A stretch of 64,000 bases of DNA from Porticoccaceae bacterium (GTDB lineage Bacteria; Pseudomonadota; Gammaproteobacteria; Pseudomonadales; Porticoccaceae), in NCBI GenBank assembly GCA_041395745.1, contig JAWKZV010000001.1:305127-369126 (forward strand), in the 5' to 3' direction. Positions 59,029 through 64,000 of the stretch are shown piece by piece; the first letter of the stretch is position 1, and each line of letters starts with the position of its first letter. The translations under genes were made by a program, and so were the position numbers. Under the pieces are notes generated by a model that did no database searches, was not told where the DNA came from, and saw nothing but the letters and a program-made list of their open reading frames with translations.

Positions 59029-60570
59029 TTACTTCTCCCATACCTGAATGGTCTGGATCACATCCCGCCGGGTGGTTTTCTTGGTGCCGAACAGGTTGAT
59101 GTCGGACTCGCCGGTGGAACAGCCGTTGCCGAAGGAGAAGCCGCAGCCGCCGCGCTCGGCGAAGGCCTCGGACATGGCCTCCTCCCGGTGAGCGGTGGGG
59201 ATTACGTAGCGGTCCTCGTAGTTGGCGATGGCCAGGTAGCGGTACATGTCCTCCACCTGCAGGGCGGTGAGGCCCACTTCGTCGAGAATCTGTTGGTCGT
59301 CACAGCCCTCGACGATCTGCGCCCGCTTGTAGGCGCGCATCGCCAGCAGCCGTTTCAGGGCCAGCAGTACCGGTTCTTCGTCGCCGGCGGTGAGCAGGTT
59401 GGCCAGGTATTTGACCGGGATACGCAGGGAGTCCACATCGGGGATTACCCCGCTCATGCCCACATGGCCAGCCTCTACCGCGGACTGGATCGGCGACAGC
59501 GGTGGTACATACCAGACCATCGGCAGGGTGCGGTATTCCGGGTGCAGGGGCAGGGCCAGCTGCCAGTCCACGGCCATTTTGTAGACCGGTGACTGCTGGG
59601 CGGCCTCGATCACGGAATCCGGCACGCCGTCCTTTCTGGCCTGGGCGATCACTGCCGGGTCGTGGGGGTCGAGGAAAATTTCCAGCTGCTTCTTGTACAG
59701 GTCCTGCTCGGACTCGGTGCTGGCCACCTCGTGGATGCGGTCCGCGTCGTAGAGCAGTACACCCAGGTAGCGGATACGGCCCACACAGGTCTCGGAACAC
59801 ACTGTCGGCTGGCCCGCTTCAATGCGCGGGTAGCAGAAGATGCACTTCTCAGATTTGCCGGACTTCCAGTTGAAGTAGATCTTCTTGTAGGGACAGCCGG
59901 ACACGCACATGCGCCAGCCGCGGCACTTCTCCTGGTCGATCAGCACGATGCCGTCTTCCTCGCGCTTGTAGATGGCGCCGGAGGGGCAGGAGGCCGCGCA
60001 GGCCGGGTTCAGGCAGTGCTCGCACAACCGCGGCAGGTACATCATGAAGGTGTTCTCGAACTCGCCGTAGATGTCCTTCTGGATGTTGTCGAAGTTGCGG
60101 TCGGCGCTGCGTTTCTTGAACTCGGTGCCGAGGATTTCCTCCCAGTTCGGACCCCACTCGATCTTCTCCATGCGCTGGCCGGACACCAGCGAGCGCGGCC
60201 GCGCGGTGGGCTGGTGTTTGCCCAGCGGTGCGGTGTGCAGGTGCTGGTAGTCGAAATCGAATGGCTCGTAGTAGTCGTCGATCTGCGGTAGGTCGGGGTT
60301 GGAGAAGATGTTCGCCAGCACCCGGAACTTGCCGCCGATTTTCGGGTTGATGGAGCCGTCGCGGTTGCGCACCCAGCCACCGTTCCACTTGTCCTGGTTT
60401 TCCCATTCTTTCGGGTAGCCGATGCCGGGCTTGGTCTCGACGTTGTTGAACCAGGCGTATTCCATACCTTCCCGGGAGGTCCAGACATTCTTGCAGGTGA
60501 TGGAGCAGGTGTGGCAGCCGATGCACTTGTCCAGGTTCAGCACCATGCCAACTTGTGAGCGTATTTTCAT
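59029..60570 (-). CDS. narH: Respiratory nitrate reductase beta subunit
   Basis: NLDKCIGCHTCSITCK, CEHCLNPACAASCPSG, CRGWRMCVSGCPY, CIFCYPR, CSETCVGRIRY. Confidence 0.98.
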   Translation of the reverse strand: MKIRSQVGMVLNLDKCIGCHTCSITCKNVWTSREGMEYAWFNNVETKPGIGYPKEWENQDKWNGGWVRNRDGSINPKIGGKFRVLANIFSNPDLPQIDDYYEPFDFDYQHLHTAPLGKHQPTARPRSLVSGQRMEKIEWGPNWEEILGTEFKKRSADRNFDNIQKDIYGEFENTFMMYLPRLCEHCLNPACAASCPSGAIYKREEDGIVLIDQEKCRGWRMCVSGCPYKKIYFNWKSGKSEKCIFCYPRIEAGQPTVCSETCVGRIRYLGVLLYDADRIHEVASTESEQDLYKKQLEIFLDPHDPAVIAQARKDGVPDSVIEAAQQSPVYKMAVDWQLALPLHPEYRTLPMVWYVPPLSPIQSAVEAGHVGMSGVIPDVDSLRIPVKYLANLLTAGDEEPVLLALKRLLAMRAYKRAQIVEGCDDQQILDEVGLTALQVEDMYRYLAIANYEDRYVIPTAHREEAMSEAFAERGGCGFSFGNGCSTGESDINLFGTKKTTRRDVIQTIQVWEK

Positions 60571-60582
60571 TGTGATGCCTCC

Positions 60583-63500
60583 TTAAACGTCCTGGGGAAG
60601 TGGTTGCGGCAGGTCGTCGGTATTCGAGCCCTCCAGCCAATCCACTTTGTTCATCTTGCGCACCACCACGAACTCGTCGCGGTTGCAGCCGACGGTGCCG
60701 TAGTAGTTGAAGCCGTAGGACTGCTGGGCGTAGCCGCCGATCATGTGGGTCGGTTTCATCACCACCCGGGTCACCGAGTTGTGGTGGCCGCCGCGGGTGC
60801 CGGTGGTTTCCGCGCCGGGGGTGTTCACGATGCGCTCCTGGGCGTGGTACATCATCACCATGCCCTCGTTGACCCGCTGGCTGACCACTACGCGGCAGGC
60901 GATGGCGCCGTTGGCGTTGAACACTTCAACCCAGTCGTTGTCCTCGATACCTGCTTTTTGCGCGTCCACTTCGCTCATCCAGATGATCGGCCCGCCCCGG
61001 GACAGGGTGAGCATCAGCAGGTTGTCGGAGTAGGTGCTGTGGATACCCCATTTCTGGTGGGGAGTGATCCAGTTGAGTACGATCTCGGGGTTGCCGTTGG
61101 GTTTCTTGCCCTTCACCAGGTCGACGGTTTTGGTGCAGATCGGCGGCCGGTAAGACACCATCTGCTCACCGAAGGCCTGCATCCACAGGTGATCCTGGTA
61201 GAACTGCTGGCGGCCTGTGATGGTGCGCCAGGGAATCAGCTCGTGGACGTTGGTGTAACCGGCGTTGTAGCTGACGTGTTCATCTTCCAGACCTGACCAG
61301 GTGGGGGAGGAGATGATCTTGCGCGGTTGCGCCTGGATATCGCGGAAGCGGATTTTCTCATCGTGCTTCGGCTCCGCCAGGTGCTTGTGGTCGCGACCGG
61401 TGAACTTGCCCAGTGCTTCCCAGGCTTTCACCGCCACGTTGCCGTTGGTTTCCGGCGCCAGGCTGAGCACCACTTCGGCGGCGTCGATGGCGGTCTCAAT
61501 GCGCGGCTGTCCCTGGCTGATGCCTTCCTCGGTGACGCGGTAGTTGAGCTTGCGCAACAGCTCCACCTCTTCATCGGTATTCCAGCCGATGCCCTTGCCG
61601 CCGTTGCCGAGTTTTTCCAGCAGCGGGCCAAGAGAGGTGAATTTCTTGTAGGTGTTGGGGTAGTCTCGCTGTACCGCCACGATGTTCGGCGCGGTCTTAC
61701 CGGGAATCAGCTCGCATTCGCCCTTCTTCCAATCCTGCACCTCGAACGGCTGTGACAGCTCCCCGGGGGTGTCGTGGAGGGTGGGAACAGTGACGATATC
61801 GGTCTCCACACCGAGGTTGCCCTTGTATGCGGCGACCTCCGAGAACTTCCTGGCGATACCCTTGTAGATATCCCAGTCGGAGCGCGCTTCCCAGGCGGGA
61901 TCGGCGGCCTTCGACAGCGGGTGGATGAAGGGGTGCATGTCGGAGGTGTTGAGATCGTCCTTCTCGTACCACGTGGCGGTGGGCAGCACGATGTCCGAGT
62001 ACAGAGCGGTGGAGGACATGCGGAAGTCCAGGGTCACCACCAGGTCCAACTTGCCTTCGGCGCCTTTTTCCTCGAAGTCGATCTCCTGAGGAATCAGGTC
62101 ACTGCCGCGGGCGAAGTTGTCCTCGTTCATCACGCCGTTGTTGGTGCCCAGCAGGTACTTGAGCATGTACTCGTGGCCCTTGCCGGAAGAACCGAGCAGG
62201 TTGGAGCGCCAGATGAACATGTTGCGCGGGAAGTTGGCCGGGTTATCCGGTTGCTCCGCGGCGAACTTCAGGTGCCCGGATTTCAGTTGCTGCACCACGT
62301 AGTCCTTCGGCTCCATGCCGGCCTGGGCGGCTTCCCTGGCGATCTGCAGGGGATTGCGGTTGAGCTGCGGTGCCGACGGCAGCCAGCCCATGCGCTCGGC
62401 CCTGATGTTGTAGTCGAGCATGTGTTGCGGCCACTGGGATTTGTCTGCCAGCGGTGACAGCACTTCGTGGATGCTGACTTTCTCGTGGCGCCACTGGGAG
62501 CTGTGGTTGTAGAAGAAGCTGGTGGAGTTCATGTGCCGGGGCGGGCGGCTCCAGTCCAGGCCGAAGGCCAGCGGCAGCCAGCCGGTCTGCGGGCGCAGTT
62601 TTTCCTGGCCCACGTAATGAGCCCAGCCGCCACCGGTCTGGCCGATACAGCCGCACATGATCAGCATGTTGATCAGGCCGCGGTAGTTCATGTCCATGTG
62701 GTACCAGTGGTTCATGGCGGCGCCGACGATGATCATGGACTTGCCGCGGGTCTTGTGGGCGTTGTCGGCGAATTCCCTGGCTACCTGGATGACCCGGTCG
62801 CGGGGCACACCGGTGATTTTTTCCTGCCAGGCGGGGGTGAAGGGGATGTCGTCGTCATAGCTGGTGGCGACGTTGCCGCCGCCGAGGCCGCGGTCGATGC
62901 CGTAGTTGGCCATGGTCAGGTCGTAGACGGTGGCCACCCGGGCGGTACTGCCATCCGCCAGTTGAATCTGCCGCACCGGTACTTGGCGGGGCAGGATTTC
63001 ATCGTGTTCGCAGTAGTTCCAGTATTCGTTGCTCTCGTCTGCGGCGAAGTGCGGGAAGGACACCGAGGCGGTTTCACCGCCGATCAGTGACAGTTGCAGT
63101 TTTACTTCCCGGCCCTGGGAGCCTTCGCGGGGTTCGATGTTCCACTTGCCCTGTTCGCCCCAGCGGTAGCCGATGGAGCCCAGGGGTGAAACCAGGCCGC
63201 CGTCGGCTTCGTCGATGGCGATGGTTTTCCACTCCGGGTTGTTGTCCTGGCCGAGCTTGCCGTCCAGGTCAGAGGCGCGCAGGAAGCGGGTCGGGCAGAG
63301 CTTGCCATCCTGCTCTTCCAGCATCACCAGCATCGGCATGTCGGAGTAGCGGCGAACGTACTCGGTGAAGTACTCGCTGGGTTTCTCCAGGTGAAATTCC
63401 TTCAGGATCACGTGGCCGAAAGCCATGCCCAGTGCCGCGTCGGTGCCCTGTTTCGGGTTCAGCCAGATGTCGGTGAGCTTGGCCACCTCCGAGTAGTCGG

Positions 63501-64000
63501 GGGTGATGGCCACGGTCTTGGCGCCCTTGTAGCGCACTTCGGTGAGGAAGTGGGCGTCCGGGGTGCGGGTCTGGGGCACGTTGGAACCCCAGGCGATGAT
63601 GTAGTTGGAGTTGTACCAGTCAGCGGACTCCGGCACGTCGGTCTGCTCGCCCCAGGTCATCGGGGAGGCGGGTGGCAGGTCGCAGTACCAGTCGTAGAAG
63701 CTCATGCACACGCCGCCGATCAGCGACAGGTAGCGGGAGCCGGCGGCGTAGGACACCATCGACATGGCGGGAATCGGCGAGAAGCCGATGATGCGGTCCG
63801 GTCCGTACTGTTTGGCGGTGTAGACGTTGGCGGCGGCGATGATCTCGTTGACTTCATCCCAGGAGGAGCGTACGTAGCCACCCAGGCCGCGCTTGCTCTT
63901 GTAGCTGGCGGCGCGCACCGGGTCCTCGACGATGAAGGACCAGGCATCCACCGGGTTGTCGAACTGTTTGCGGGCGTCGCGCCACAGTTTCAGCAGGGGC
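60583..64000 (-). CDS. narG: Respiratory nitrate reductase alpha subunit, 5'-truncated by the window edge
   Basis: Frame stays open to the window end (PLLKLWRDARKQFDNPVDAW); FSPIPAMSMVSY, FYDWYCDLP (Mo-ligand Asp), GWAHYVGQEK, ITPHQKWGIHSTY, GYAQQSYGFNYYG. Confidence 0.98.
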   Translation of the reverse strand, partial: PLLKLWRDARKQFDNPVDAWSFIVEDPVRAASYKSKRGLGGYVRSSWDEVNEIIAAANVYTAKQYGPDRIIGFSPIPAMSMVSYAAGSRYLSLIGGVCMSFYDWYCDLPPASPMTWGEQTDVPESADWYNSNYIIAWGSNVPQTRTPDAHFLTEVRYKGAKTVAITPDYSEVAKLTDIWLNPKQGTDAALGMAFGHVILKEFHLEKPSEYFTEYVRRYSDMPMLVMLEEQDGKLCPTRFLRASDLDGKLGQDNNPEWKTIAIDEADGGLVSPLGSIGYRWGEQGKWNIEPREGSQGREVKLQLSLIGGETASVSFPHFAADESNEYWNYCEHDEILPRQVPVRQIQLADGSTARVATVYDLTMANYGIDRGLGGGNVATSYDDDIPFTPAWQEKITGVPRDRVIQVAREFADNAHKTRGKSMIIVGAAMNHWYHMDMNYRGLINMLIMCGCIGQTGGGWAHYVGQEKLRPQTGWLPLAFGLDWSRPPRHMNSTSFFYNHSSQWRHEKVSIHEVLSPLADKSQWPQHMLDYNIRAERMGWLPSAPQLNRNPLQIAREAAQAGMEPKDYVVQQLKSGHLKFAAEQPDNPANFPRNMFIWRSNLLGSSGKGHEYMLKYLLGTNNGVMNEDNFARGSDLIPQEIDFEEKGAEGKLDLVVTLDFRMSSTALYSDIVLPTATWYEKDDLNTSDMHPFIHPLSKAADPAWEARSDWDIYKGIARKFSEVAAYKGNLGVETDIVTVPTLHDTPGELSQPFEVQDWKKGECELIPGKTAPNIVAVQRDYPNTYKKFTSLGPLLEKLGNGGKGIGWNTDEEVELLRKLNYRVTEEGISQGQPRIETAIDAAEVVLSLAPETNGNVAVKAWEALGKFTGRDHKHLAEPKHDEKIRFRDIQAQPRKIISSPTWSGLEDEHVSYNAGYTNVHELIPWRTITGRQQFYQDHLWMQAFGEQMVSYRPPICTKTVDLVKGKKPNGNPEIVLNWITPHQKWGIHSTYSDNLLMLTLSRGGPIIWMSEVDAQKAGIEDNDWVEVFNANGAIACRVVVSQRVNEGMVMMYHAQERIVNTPGAETTGTRGGHHNSVTRVVMKPTHMIGGYAQQSYGFNYYGTVGCNRDEFVVVRKMNKVDWLEGSNTDDLPQPLPQDV

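Overview
Chromosomal window of a gammaproteobacterium (gene order suggests a non-enteric, Cellvibrionales/Oceanospirillales-like lineage; inference). 1-13.5 kb is conserved core: asd, fimV, truA, trpF, trpB, trpA, accD, folC, dedD, cvpA, purF, metZ. Next come a MoxR-DUF58-transglutaminase triad and a redox/sulfur group (GST, msrA, atypical bacterioferritin, TSUP, rhodanese, MFS). 22.6-31.5 kb is one co-oriented unit in which a BlaI/MecI-like repressor and a sensor-less, His-decorated M56 (BlaR1-like) protease precede a CzcCBA-type RND pump, a HupE/UreJ permease and two uncharacterised envelope proteins. Two copies of a candidate operator (CCGAT-N5-ATCGG) are visible there; this is my best candidate for an under-described system, namely metal sensing by regulated proteolysis. 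An oligopeptide ABC operon (33.7-40.9 kb) is split by about 2 kb of AT-rich cargo containing a second, mostly synonymously diverged copy of the oppC 3' end. The SRP RNA gene (ffs) follows. 41.3-64 kb is a nitrate supercluster: assimilatory nasA/nasC/nrtABC with a readable NtrC-sigma54-ANTAR attenuator, nasS/nasT, a porin, moaA-nnrS behind an FNR-type box, an inserted hipBA module, and the respiratory narGHJI-ppiC operon (narG runs off the window). No tRNA, rRNA, CRISPR array, integrase or transposase was found. All family assignments come from motif recognition, not database searches.
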